NCBI GenBank assembly: GCA_032718475.1
Contig: JAUCBJ010000732.1
Location: 62,001 to 126,000 of the forward strand
Origin: Nemertoderma westbladi
Taxonomy: Eukaryota; Animalia; Xenacoelomorpha
DNA length: 64,000 nt
Direction of reading: 5' to 3'
Position 1 is the first letter of the stretch. Every line of letters begins with the position of its first letter. Under the pieces are notes generated by a model, which was not told where the DNA came from, did no database searches, and was given only the letters and a program-made list of their open reading frames with translations. A program made the translations under genes and the position numbers. Positions 50,901 through 64,000 of the stretch are shown in pieces.

Positions 50901-53900
50901 ACCATCTAGGGGACGTTAATAGAAACACATACACCTAAACGGGTGAGTAAAGAGCGGGAAATTCAAACACCATCTAGGGGACGTTAATAGAAACACATAC
51001 ACCTAAACGGGTGAGTAAAGAGCGGGAAATTCAAACACCATCTAGTGGACGTATATAGAAACACATACACCTAAACGGGTGAGTAAAGAGCGAGACATTC
51101 AAACACCATCTAGGGGACGCCTATAGAAACACATACACCTAAACGGGTGAGTAAAGAGCGGGAAATTCAAACACCATCTAGGGGACGCATATAGAAACAC
51201 ATACACCTAAACGGGTGAGTAAAGAGCGGGAAATTCAAACACCATCTAGGGGATGTTAATAGAAACACATACACCTAAACGGGTGAGTAAAGAGCGAGAC
51301 ATTCAAACACCATCTAGGGGACGCCTATAGAAACACATACACCTAAACGGGTGAGTAAAGAGCGGGAAATTCAAACACCATCTAGGGGACGCATATAGAA
51401 ACACATACACCGAAACGGGTGAGTAAAGAGCGGGAAATTCAAACACAATCTAGGGGACGTTAATAGAAACACATACACCTAAACGGGTGACTAAAGAGCG
51501 GGAAATTCAAACACCATCTAGTGGACGTATATAGAAACACATACACCTAAACGGGTGAGTAAAGAGTGGGAAATTCAAACACCATCTAGGGGACGTTAAT
51601 AGAAACACATACACCTAAACGGGTGAGTAAAGAGCGAGACATTCAAACACCATCTAGGGGACGCATATAGAAACACATACACCTAAACGGGTGAGTAAAG
51701 AGCGGGAAATTCAAACACCATCTAGGGGACGCATATAGAAACACATACACCTAAACGGGTGAGTAAAGAGCGGGAAATTCAAACACCATCTAGGGGACGT
51801 ATATAGATACACATACACCGAAACGGGTGAGTAAAGAGCGGGAAATTCAAACACAATCTAGGGGACGTTAATAGAAACACATACACCTAAACGGGTGAGT
51901 AAAGAGCGGGAAATTCAAACACCATCTAGTGGACGTATATAGAAACACATACACCTAAACGGGTGAGTAAAGAGCGAGACATTCAAACACCATCTAGGGG
52001 ACGCCTATAGAAACACATACACCTAAACGGGTGAGTAAAGAGCGGGAAATTCAAACACCATCTAGGGGACGCATATAGAAACACATACACCTAAACGGGT
52101 GAGTAAAGAGCGGGAAATTCAAACACCATCTAGGGGATGTTAATAGAAACACATACACCTAAACGGGTGAGTAAAGAGCGAGACATTCAAACACCATCTA
52201 GGGGACGTTAATAGAAACACATACACCTAAACGGGTGAGTAAAGAGCGGGAAATTCAAACACCATCTAGGGGACGTATATAGAAACACATACACCGAAAC
52301 GGGTGAGTAAAGAGCGGGAAATTCAAACACCATCTAGTGGACGTATATAGAAACACATACACCTAAACGGGTGAGTAAAGAGCGAGACATTCAAACACCA
52401 TCTAGGGGACGCCTATAGAAACACATACACCTAAACGGGTGAGTAAAGAGCGGGAAATTCAAACACCATCTAGGGGACGCATATAGAAACACATACACCG
52501 AAACGGGTGAGTAAAGAGCGGGAAATTCAAACACAATCTAGGGGACGTTAATAGAAACACATACACCTAAACGGGTGACTAAAGAGCGGGAAATTCAAAC
52601 ACAATCTAGTGGACGTATATAGAAACACATACACCTAAACGGGTGAGTAAAGAGTGGGAAATTCAAACACCATCTAGGGGACGTTAATAGAAACACATAC
52701 ACCTAAACGGGTGAGTAAAGAGCGAGACATTCAAACACCATCTAGGGGACGCATATAGAAACACATACACCTAAACGGGTGAGTAAAGAGCGGGAAATTC
52801 AAACACCATCTAGGGGACGCATATAGAAACACATACACCTAAACGGGTGAGTAAAGAGCGGGAAATTCAAACACCATCTAGGGGACGTATATAGATACAC
52901 ATACACCGAAACGGGTGAGTAAAGAGCGGGAAATTCAAACACAATCTAGGGGACGTTAATAGAAACACATACACCTAAACGGGTGAGTAAAGAGCGGGAA
53001 ATTCAAACACCATCTAGTGGACGTATATAGAAACACATACACCTAAACGGGTGAGTAAAGAGCGAGACATTCAAACACCATCTAGGGGACGCCTATAGAA
53101 ACACATACACCTAAACGGGTGAGTAAAGAGCGGGAAATTCAAACACCATCTAGGGGACGCATATAGAAACACATACACCTAAACGGGTGAGTAAAGAGCG
53201 GGAAATTCAAACACCATCTAGGGGATGTTAATAGAAACACATACACCTAAACGGGTGAGTAAAGAGCGAGACATTCAAACACCATCTAGGGGACGTTAAT
53301 AGAAACACATACACCTAAACGGGTGAGTAAAGAGCGGGAAATTCAAACACCATCTAGGGGACGTATATAGATACACATACACCTAAACGGGTGAGTAAAG
53401 AGCGGGAAATTCAAACACCATCTAGTGGACGTATATAGAAACACATACACCTAAACTGGTGAGTAAAGAGCGGTAAATTCAAACACCATCTAGGGGACGT
53501 TAATAGAAACACATACACCTAAACGGGTGAGTAAAGAGCGGGAAATTCAAACACCATCTAGGGGACGTTAATAGAAACACATACACCTAAACGGGTGAGT
53601 AAAGAGCGGGAAATTCAAACACCATCTAGTGGACGTATATAGAAACACATACACCTAAACGGGTGAGTAAAGAGCGAGACATTCAAACACCATCTAGGGG
53701 ACGCCTATAGAAACACATACACCTAAACGGGTGAGTAAAGAGCGGGAAATTCAAACACCATCTAGGGGACGCATATAGAAACACATACACCTAAACGGGT
53801 GAGTAAAGAGCGGGAAATTCAAACACCATCTAGGGGATGTTAATAGAAACACATACACCTAAACGGGTGAGTAAAGAGCGAGACATTCAAACACCATCTA

Positions 53901-56900
53901 GGGGACGTTAATAGAAACACATACACCTAAACGGGTGAGTAAAGAGCGGGAAATTCAAACACCATCTAGGGGACGTATATAGAAACACATACACCGAAAC
54001 GGGTGAGTAAAGAGCGGGAAATTCAAACACCATCTAGTGGACGTATATAGAAACACATACACCTAAACGGGTGAGTAAAGAGTGGGAAATTCAAACACCA
54101 TCTAGGGGACGTTAATAGAAACACATACACCTAAACGGGTGAGTAAAGAGCGAGACATTCAAACACCATCTAGGGGACGCATATAGAAACACATACACCT
54201 AAACGGGTGAGTAAAGAGCGGGAAATTCAAACACCATCTAGGGGACGCATATAGAAACACATACACCTAAACGGGTGAGTAAAGAGCGGGAAATTCAAAC
54301 ACCATCTAGGGGACGTATATAGATACACATACACCGAAACGGGTGAGTAAAGAGCGGGAAATTCAAACACAATCTAGGGGACGTTAATAGAAACACATAC
54401 ACCTAAACGGGTGAGTAAAGAGCGGGAAATTCAAACACCATCTAGTGGACGTATATAGAAACACATACACCTAAACGGGTGAGTAAAGAGCGAGACATTC
54501 AAACACCATCTAGGGGACGCCTATAGAAACACATACACCTAAACGGGTGAGTAAAGAGCGGGAAATTCAAACACCATCTAGGGGACGCATATAGAAACAC
54601 ATACACCTAAACGGGTGAGTAAAGAGCGGGAAATTCAAACACCATCTAGGGGATGTTAATAGAAACACATACACCTAAACGGGTGAGTAAAGAGCGAGAC
54701 ATTCAAACACCATCTAGGGGACGTTAATAGAAACACATACACCTAAACGGGTGAGTAAAGAGCGGGAAATTCAAACACCATCTAGGGGACGTATATAGAT
54801 ACACATACACCTAAACGGGTGAGTAAAGAGCGGGAAATTCAAACACCATCTAGTGGACGTATATAGAAACACATACACCTAAACTGGTGAGTAAAGAGCG
54901 GTAAATTCAAACACCATCTAGGGGACGTTAATAGAAACACATACACCTAAACGGGTGAGTAAAGAGCGGGAAATTCAAACACCATCTAGGGGACGTTAAT
55001 AGAAACACATACACCTAAACGGGTGAGTAAAGAGCGGGAAATTCAAACACCATCTAGTGGACGTATATAGAAACACATACACCTAAACGGGTGAGTAAAG
55101 AGCGGGAAATTCAAGCACAATCAAGGGGACGTATATAGAAACACATACACCTAAACGGGTGAGTAAAGAGCGGGAAATTCAAACACCATCTAGGGGACGC
55201 ATATAGATATACATACACCGAAACGGGTGAGTAAAGAGCGGGAAATTCAAACACAATCTAGGGGACGCATATAGATATACATACACCTAAACGGGTGAGT
55301 AAAGATCGGGAAATTCAAACACAATCTAGGGGACGCATATAGATATACATACACCGAAACGGGTGAGTAAAGAGCAGGAAATTCAAACACCATCTAGGGG
55401 ACGTATATAGAAACACATACACCGAAACGGGTGAGTAAAGAGCGGGAAATTCAAACACCATCTAGGGGACGTATATAGAAACACATACACCTAAACGGGT
55501 GAGTAAAGAGCGGGAAATTCAAACACCATCTAGGGGACGTTAATAGAAACACATACACCTAAACGGGTGAGTAAAGAGCGGGAAATTCAAACACCATCTA
55601 GGGGACGTATATAGATACACATACACCTAAACGGGTGAGTAAAGAGCGGGAAATTCAAACACCATCTAGTGGACGTATATAGAAACACATACACCTAAAC
55701 TGGTGAGTAAAGAGCGGTAAATTCAAACACCATCTAGGGGACGTTAATAGAAACACATACACCTAAACGGGTGAGTAAAGAGCGGGAAATTCAAACACAA
55801 TCTAGGGGACGCATATAGAAACACATACACCTAAACGGGTGAGTAAAGAGCGGGAAATTCAAACACCATCTAGGGGACGCATATAGAAACACATACACCT
55901 AAACGGGTGAGTAAAGAGCGGGAAATTCAAACACCATCTAGGGGACGTATATAGATACACATACACCGAAACGGGTGAGTAAAGAGCGGGAAATTCAAAC
56001 ACAATCTAGGGGACGTTAATAGAAACACATACACCTAAACGGGTGAGTAAAGAGCGGGAAATTCAAACACCATCTAGTGGACGTATATAGAAACACATAC
56101 ACCTAAACGGGTGAGTAAAGAGCGAGACATTCAAACACCATCTAGGGGACGCCTATAGAAACACATACACCTAAACGGGTGAGTAAAGAGCGGGAAATTC
56201 AAACACCATCTAGGGGACGCATATAGAAACACATACACCGAAACGGGTGAGTAAAGAGCGGGAAATTCAAACACAATCTAGGGGACGTTAATAGAAACAC
56301 ATACACCTAAACGGGTGACTAAAGAGCGGGAAATTCAAACACCATCTAGTGGACGTATATAGAAACACATACACCTAAACGGGTGAGTAAAGAGTGGGAA
56401 ATTCAAACACCATCTAGGGGACGTTAATAGAAACACATACACCTAAACGGGTGAGTAAAGAGCGAGACATTCAAACACCATCTAGGGGACGCATATAGAA
56501 ACACATACACCTAAACGGGTGAGTAAAGAGCGGGAAATTCAAACACCATCTAGGGGACGCATATAGAAACACATACACCTAAACGGGTGAGTAAAGAGCG
56601 GGAAATTCAAACACCATCTAGGGGACGTATATAGATACACATACACCGAAACGGGTGAGTAAAGAGCGGGAAATTCAAACACAATCTAGGGGACGTTAAT
56701 AGAAACACATACACCTAAACGGGTGAGTAAAGAGCGGGAAATTCAAACACCATCTAGTGGACGTATATAGAAACACATACACCTAAACGGGTGAGTAAAG
56801 AGCGAGACATTCAAACACCATCTAGGGGACGCCTATAGAAACACATACACCTAAACGGGTGAGTAAAGAGCGGGAAATTCAAACACCATCTAGGGGACGC

Positions 56901-59900
56901 ATATAGAAACACATACACCTAAACGGGTGAGTAAAGAGCGGGAAATTCAAACACCATCTAGGGGATGTTAATAGAAACACATACACCTAAACGGGTGAGT
57001 AAAGAGCGAGACATTCAAACACCATCTAGGGGACGTTAATAGAAACACATACACCTAAACGGGTGAGTAAAGAGCGGGACATTCAAACACCATCTAGGGG
57101 ACGTTAATAGAAACACATACACCTAAACGGGTGAGTAAAGAGCGAGACATTCAAACACCATCTAGGGGACGCATATAGAAACACATACACCTAAACGGGT
57201 GAGTAAAGAGCGGGAAATTCAAACACCATCTAGGGGACGCATATAGAAACACATACACCTAAACGGGTGAGTAAAGAGCGGGAAATTCAAACACCATCTA
57301 GGGGACGTATATAGATACACATACACCGAAACGGGTGAGTAAAGAGCGGGAAATTCAAACACAATCTAGGGGACGTTAATAGAAACACATACACCTAAAC
57401 GGGTGAGTAAAGAGCGGGAAATTCAAACACCATCTAGTGGACGTATATAGAAACACATACACCTAAACGGGTGAGTAAAGAGCGAGACATTCAAACACCA
57501 TCTAGGGGACGCCTATAGAAACACATACACCTAAACGGGTGAGTAAAGAGCGGGAAATTCAAACACCATCTAGGGGACGCATATAGAAACACATACACCT
57601 AAACGGGTGAGTAAAGAGCGGGAAATTCAAACACCATCTAGGGGACGCATATAGAAACACATACACCTAAACGGGTGAGTAAAGAGCGGGAAATTCAAAC
57701 ACCATCTAGTGGACGTATATAGAAACACATACACCTAAACGGGTGAGTAAAGAGCGAGACATTCAAACACCATCTAGGGGACGCCTATAGAAACACATAC
57801 ACCTAAACGGGTGAGTAAAGAGCGGGAAATTCAAACACCATCTAGGGGACGCATATAGAAACACATACACCGAAACGGGTGAGTAAAGAGCGGGAAATTC
57901 AAACACAATCTAGGGGACGTTAATAGAAACACATACACCTAAACGGGTGAGTAAAGAGCGGGAAATTCAAACACCATCTAGTGGACGTATATAGAAACAC
58001 ATACACCTAAACGGGTGAGTAAAGAGTGGGAAATTCAAACACCATCTAGGGGACGTTAATAGAAACACATACACCTAAACGGGTGAGTAAAGAGCGAGAC
58101 ATTCAAACACCATCTAGGGGACGCATATAGAAACACATACACCTAAACGGGTGAGTAAAGAGCGGGAAATTCAAACACCATCTAGGGGACGCATATAGAA
58201 ACACATACACCTAAACGGGTGAGTAAAGAGCGGGAAATTCAAACACCATCTAGGGGACGTATATAGATACACATACACCTAAACGGGTGAGTAAAGAGCG
58301 GGAAATTCAAACACCATCTAGGGGACGTTAATAGAAACACATACACCTAAACGGGTGAGTAAAGAGCGGGAAATTCAAACACCATCTAGTGGACGTATAT
58401 AGAAACACATACACCTAAACGGGTGAGTAAAGAGCGGGAAATTCAAACACCATCTAGGGGACGTATATAGATACACATACACCGAAACGGGTGAGTAAAG
58501 AGCGGGAAATTCAAACACCATCTAGGGGACGTTAATAGAAACACATACACCTAAACGGGTGAGTAAAGAGCGGGAAATTCAAACACCATCTAGGGGACGT
58601 ATATAGATACACATACACCGAAACGGGTGAGTAAAGAGCGGGAAATTCAAACACAATCTAGGGGACGTTAATAGAAACACATACACCTAAACGGGTGAGT
58701 AAAGAGCGGGAAATTCAAACACCATCTAGTGGACGTATATAGAAACACATACACCTAAACGGGTGAGTAAAGAGCGAGACATTCAAACACCATCTAGGGG
58801 ACGCCTATAGAAACACATACACCTAAACGGGTGAGTAAAGAGCGGGAAATTCAAACACCATCTAGGGGACGCATATAGAAACACATACACCTAAACGGGT
58901 GAGTAAAGAGCGGGAAATTCAAACACCATCTAGGGGATGTTAATAGAAACACATACACCTAAACGGGTGAGTAAAGAGCGAGACATTCAAACACCATCTA
59001 GGGGACGTTAATAGAAACACATACACCTAAACGGGTGAGTAAAGAGCGGGAAATTCAAACACCATCTAGGGGACGTTAATAGAAACACATACACCTAAAC
59101 GGGTGAGTAAAGAGCGAGACATTCAAACACCATCTAGGGGACGCATATAGAAACACATACACCTAAACGGGTGAGTAAAGAGCGGGAAATTCAAACACCA
59201 TCTAGGGGACGCATATAGAAACACATACACCTAAACGGGTGAGTAAAGAGCGGGAAATTCAAACACCATCTAGGGGACGTATATAGATACACATACACCG
59301 AAACGGGTGAGTAAAGAGCGGGAAATTCAAACACAATCTAGGGGACGTTAATAGAAACACATACACCTAAACGGGTGAGTAAAGAGCGGGAAATTCAAAC
59401 ACCATCTAGTGGACGTATATAGAAACACATACACCTAAACGGGTGAGTAAAGAGCGAGACATTCAAACACCATCTAGGGGACGCCTATAGAAACACATAC
59501 ACCTAAACGGGTGAGTAAAGAGCGGGAAATTCAAACACCATCTAGGGGACGCATATAGAAACACATACACCTAAACGGGTGAGTAAAGAGCGGGAAATTC
59601 AAACACCATCTAGGGGACGTATATAGAAACACATACACCTAAACGGGTGAGTAAAGAGCGGAAATTCAAACACCATCTAGGGGACGTTAATAGAAACACA
59701 TACACCTAAACGGGTGAGTAAAGAGCGGGAAATTCAAACACCATCTAGGGGACGTATATAGAAACACATACACCGAAACGGGTGAGTAAAGAGCGGGAAA
59801 TTCAAACACCATCTAGTGGACGTATATAGAAACACATACACCTAAACGGGTGAGTAAAGAGCGAGACATTCAAACACCATCTAGGGGACGCCTATAGAAA

Positions 59901-62900
59901 CACATACACCTAAACGGGTGAGTAAAGAGCGGGAAATTCAAACACCATCTAGGGGACGCATATAGAAACACATACACCGAAACGGGTGAGTAAAGAGCGG
60001 GAAATTCAAACACAATCTAGGGGACGTTAATAGAAACACATACACCTAAACGGGTGACTAAAGAGCGGGAAATTCAAACACAATCTAGTGGACGTATATA
60101 GAAACACATACACCTAAACGGGTGAGTAAAGAGTGGGAAATTCAAACACCATCTAGGGGACGTTAATAGAAACACATACACCTAAACGGGTGAGTAAAGA
60201 GCGAGACATTCAAACACCATCTAGGGGACGCATATAGAAACACATACACCTAAACGGGTGAGTAAAGAGCGGGAAATTCAAACACCATCTAGGGGACGCA
60301 TATAGAAACACATACACCTAAACGGGTGAGTAAAGAGCGGGAAATTCAAACACCATCTAGGGGACGTATATAGATACACATACACCGAAACGGGTGAGTA
60401 AAGAGCGGGAAATTCAAACACAATCTAGGGGACGTTAATAGAAACACATACACCTAAACGGGTGAGTAAAGAGCGGGAAATTCAAACACCATCTAGTGGA
60501 CGTATATAGAAACACATACACCTAAACGGGTGAGTAAAGAGCGAGACATTCAAACACCATCTAGGGGACGCCTATAGAAACACATACACCTAAACGGGTG
60601 AGTAAAGAGCGGGAAATTCAAACACCATCTAGGGGACGCATATAGAAACACATACACCTAAACGGGTGAGTAAAGAGCGGGAAATTCAAACACCATCTAG
60701 GGGATGTTAATAGAAACACATACACCTAAACGGGTGAGTAAAGAGCGAGACATTCAAACACCATCTAGGGGACGTTAATAGAAACACATACACCTAAACG
60801 GGTGAGTAAAGAGCGGGAAATTCAAACACCATCTAGGGGACGTATATAGAAAACATACACCGAAACGGGTGAGTAAAGAGCGGGAAATTCAAACACAATC
60901 TAGGGGACGTTAATAGAAACACATACACCTAAACGGGTGAGTAAAGAGCGGGAAATTCAAACACCATCTAGTGGACGTATATAGAAACACATACACCTAA
61001 ACGGGTGAGTAAAGAGCGGGAAATTCAAACACCATCTAGGGGACGTTAATAGAAACACATACACCTAAACGGGTGAGTAAAGAGCGGGAAATTCAAACAC
61101 CATCTAGGGGACGTTAATAGAAACACATACACCTAAACGGGTGAGTAAAGAGCGGGAAATTCAAACACCATCTAGGGGACGTTAATAGAAACACATACAC
61201 CTAAACGGGTGAGTAAAGAGCGAGACATTCAAACACCATCTAGGGGACGTTAATAGAAACACATACACCTAAACGGGTGAGTAAAGAGCGGGAAATTCAA
61301 ACACCATCTAGGGGACGTATATAGAAACACATACACCGAAACGGGTGAGTAAAGAGCGGGAAATTCAAACACCATCTAGTGGACGTATATAGAAACACAT
61401 ACACCTAAACGGGTGAGTAAAGAGCGAGACATTCAAACACCATCTAGGGGACGCCTATAGAAACACATACACCTAAACGGGTGAGTAAAGAGCGGGAAAT
61501 TCAAACACCATCTAGGGGACGCATATAGAAACACATACACCGAAACGGGTGAGTAAAGAGCGGGAAATTCAAACACAATCTAGGGGACGTTAATAGAAAC
61601 ACATACACCTAAACGGGTGACTAAAGAGCGGGAAATTCAAACACAATCTAGTGGACGTATATAGAAACACATACACCTAAACGGGTGAGTAAAGAGTGGG
61701 AAATTCAAACACCATCTAGGGGACGTTAATAGAAACACATACACCTAAACGGGTGAGTAAAGAGCGAGACATTCAAACACCATCTAGGGGACGCATATAG
61801 AAACACATACACCTAAACGGGTGAGTAAAGAGCGGGAAATTCAAACACCATCTAGGGGACGCATATAGAAACACATACACCTAAACGGGTGAGTAAAGAG
61901 CGGGAAATTCAAACACCATCTAGGGGACGTATATAGATACACATACACCGAAACGGGTGAGTAAAGAGCGGGAAATTCAAACACAATCTAGGGGACGTTA
62001 ATAGAAACACATACACCTAAACGGGTGAGTAAAGAGCGGGAAATTCAAACACCATCTAGTGGACGTATATAGAAACACATACACCTAAACGGGTGAGTAA
62101 AGAGCGAGACATTCAAACACCATCTAGGGGACGCCTATAGAAACACATACACCTAAACGGGTGAGTAAAGAGCGGGAAATTCAAACACCATCTAGGGGAC
62201 GCATATAGAAACACATACACCTAAACGGGTGAGTAAAGAGCGGGAAATTCAAACACCATCTAGGGGACGTTAATAGAAACACATACACCTAAACGGGTGA
62301 GTAAAGAGCGGGAAATTCAAACACCATCTAGGGGACGTATATAGAAACACATACACCGAAACGGGTGAGTAAAGAGCGGGAAATTCAAACACAATCTAGG
62401 GGACGTTAATAGAAACACATACACCTAAACGGGTGAGTAAAGAGCGGGAAATTCAAACACCATCTAGGGGACGCATATAGAAACACATACACCTAAACGG
62501 GTGAGTAAAGAGCGGGAAATTCAAACACCATCTAGGGGACGTTAATAGAAACACATACACCTAAACGGGTGAGTAAAGAGCGGGAAATTCAAACACCATC
62601 TAGGGGACGTATATAGAAACACATACACCGAAACGGGTGAGTAAAGAGCGGGAAATTCAAACACCATCTAGGGGACGTCTATAGAAACACATACACCTAA
62701 ACGGGTGAGTAAAGAGCGGGAAATTCAAACACCATCTAGGGGACGTTAATAGAAACACATACACCTAAACGGGTGAGTAAAGAGCGGGAAATTCAAACAC
62801 CATCTAGGGGACGCATATAGAAACACATACACCTAAACGGGTGAGTAAAGAGCGGGAAATTCAAACACCATCTAGGGGACGTATATAGAAACACATACAC

Positions 62901-63671
62901 CTAAACGGGTGAGTAAAGAGCGGTAAATTCAAACACCATCTAGGGGACGTTAATAGAAACACATACACCTAAACGGGTGAGTAAAGAGCGAGACATTCAA
63001 ACACCATCTAGGGGACGCCTATAGAAACACATACACCTAAACGGGTGAGTAAAGAGCGGGAAATTCAAACACCATCTAGGGGACGCATATAGAAACACAT
63101 ACACCTAAACGGGTGAGTAAAGAGCGGGAAATTCAAACACCATCTAGGGGATGTTAATAGAAACACATACACCTAAACGGGTGAGTAAAGAGCGAGACAT
63201 TCAAACACCATCTAGGGGACGCCTATAGAAACACATACACCTAAACGGGTGAGTAAAGAGCGGGAAATTCAAACACCATCTAGGGGACGCATATAGAAAC
63301 ACATACACCGAAACGGGTGAGTAAAGAGCGGGAAATTCAAACACAATCTAGGGGACGTTAATAGAAACACATACACCTAAACGGGTGACTAAAGAGCGGG
63401 AAATTCAAACACCATCTAGTGGACGTATATAGAAACACATACACCTAAACGGGTGAGTAAAGAGTGGGAAATTCAAACACCATCTAGGGGACGTTAATAG
63501 AAACACATACACCTAAACGGGTGAGTAAAGAGCGAGACATTCAAACACCATCTAGGGGACGCATATAGAAACACATACACCTAAACGGGTGAGTAAAGAG
63601 CGGGAAATTCAAACACCATCTAGGGGACGCATATAGAAACACATACACCGAAACGGGTGAGTAAAGAGCGG
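35913..63671 (-). repeat. 68-bp satellite, ~408 copies, filling GART intron 35916-63737; each unit contains the intron's 3' splice site
   Basis: Plus-strand unit cacctaaacgggtgagtaaagagcgggaaattcaaacaccatctaggggacgtatatagaaacacata; the terminal copy supplies the functional acceptor at 35916. Confidence 0.97.
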
Positions 63672-63737
63672 TTAAATCGTGCTACGGCATAGAGGAACAG
63701 TGAGTGACAATAATTAGCATCAACTATCACAACCCAC

Positions 63738-63936
63738 CAATCAAGGCACATCCGCAATCTTTGCAAGCCTTGGCGACGCTTTTAACTACAGACGTTGCCA
63801 CGGCTACATCCAATCGGGAGCAGGCGTAGTAATCAAGGAAGAATAAGGGTTCGGCCCCCACAGTGAGGATGTCGTTGACGCACATAGCAACCAAATCCTG
63901 CCCAATGGTGTCATGGAAACCGGCCTCCAACGCAAT
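63738..63936 (-). CDS. GART: GART exon, AIR synthetase N-terminal domain ([24 protein letters not shown]...[10 protein letters not shown]...CALIG)
   Basis: PurM motifs; acceptor tgctgtag|ATT, donor ATTG|gtgggt; phase-1 join to 35915 restores [11 protein letters not shown]. Confidence 0.95.
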
Positions 63937-64000
63937 CTACAGCACAACCAACCACCAATTAGAGTTTAGAGTTAAATTCTGCTATTCAATTTAACATTTC

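Noticed and set aside
29891-63671. CRISPR-like appearance of the regular arrays
   Set aside because: Units are contiguous with no unique spacers, there are no cas genes, and the context is eukaryotic.
35913-63671. Perfect GTGAGT donor in every 68-bp unit on the plus strand
   Set aside because: It is the reverse complement of the ACTCAC in the GART acceptor region; no plus-strand gene is evident there.

Overview
Repeat-rich eukaryotic (animal-like, spliceosomal-intron) DNA. It holds three host genes. (1) A two-exon ABCC4/MRP4-like ABC transporter (-, 217-4638). (2) The large terminal exon of a CKAP5/XMAP215(ch-TOG)-like gene carrying an inserted 14-aa tandem repeat (+, 23995-28283). (3) Five exons of the trifunctional purine gene GART (-, 33293-63936). 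Between them lie decayed BEL/Pao LTR elements, RTE-type LINE remnants, a TTAA-flanked piggyBac-like non-autonomous element, a tRNA-derived SINE and several tandem arrays. The most striking signal is that two GART tandem arrays are made of the gene's own splice sites. A 27.8-kb intron is about 408 copies of a 68-bp unit containing the real 3' splice site followed by GT (TTTAG|GTGTATGT). A 1.4-kb array repeats the last 36 nt of an exon plus the GTAAGT donor 33 times in frame. I could not find the final GART exon or the upstream CKAP5-like exons in the window. All calls are by eye; repeat and TE boundaries are approximate.
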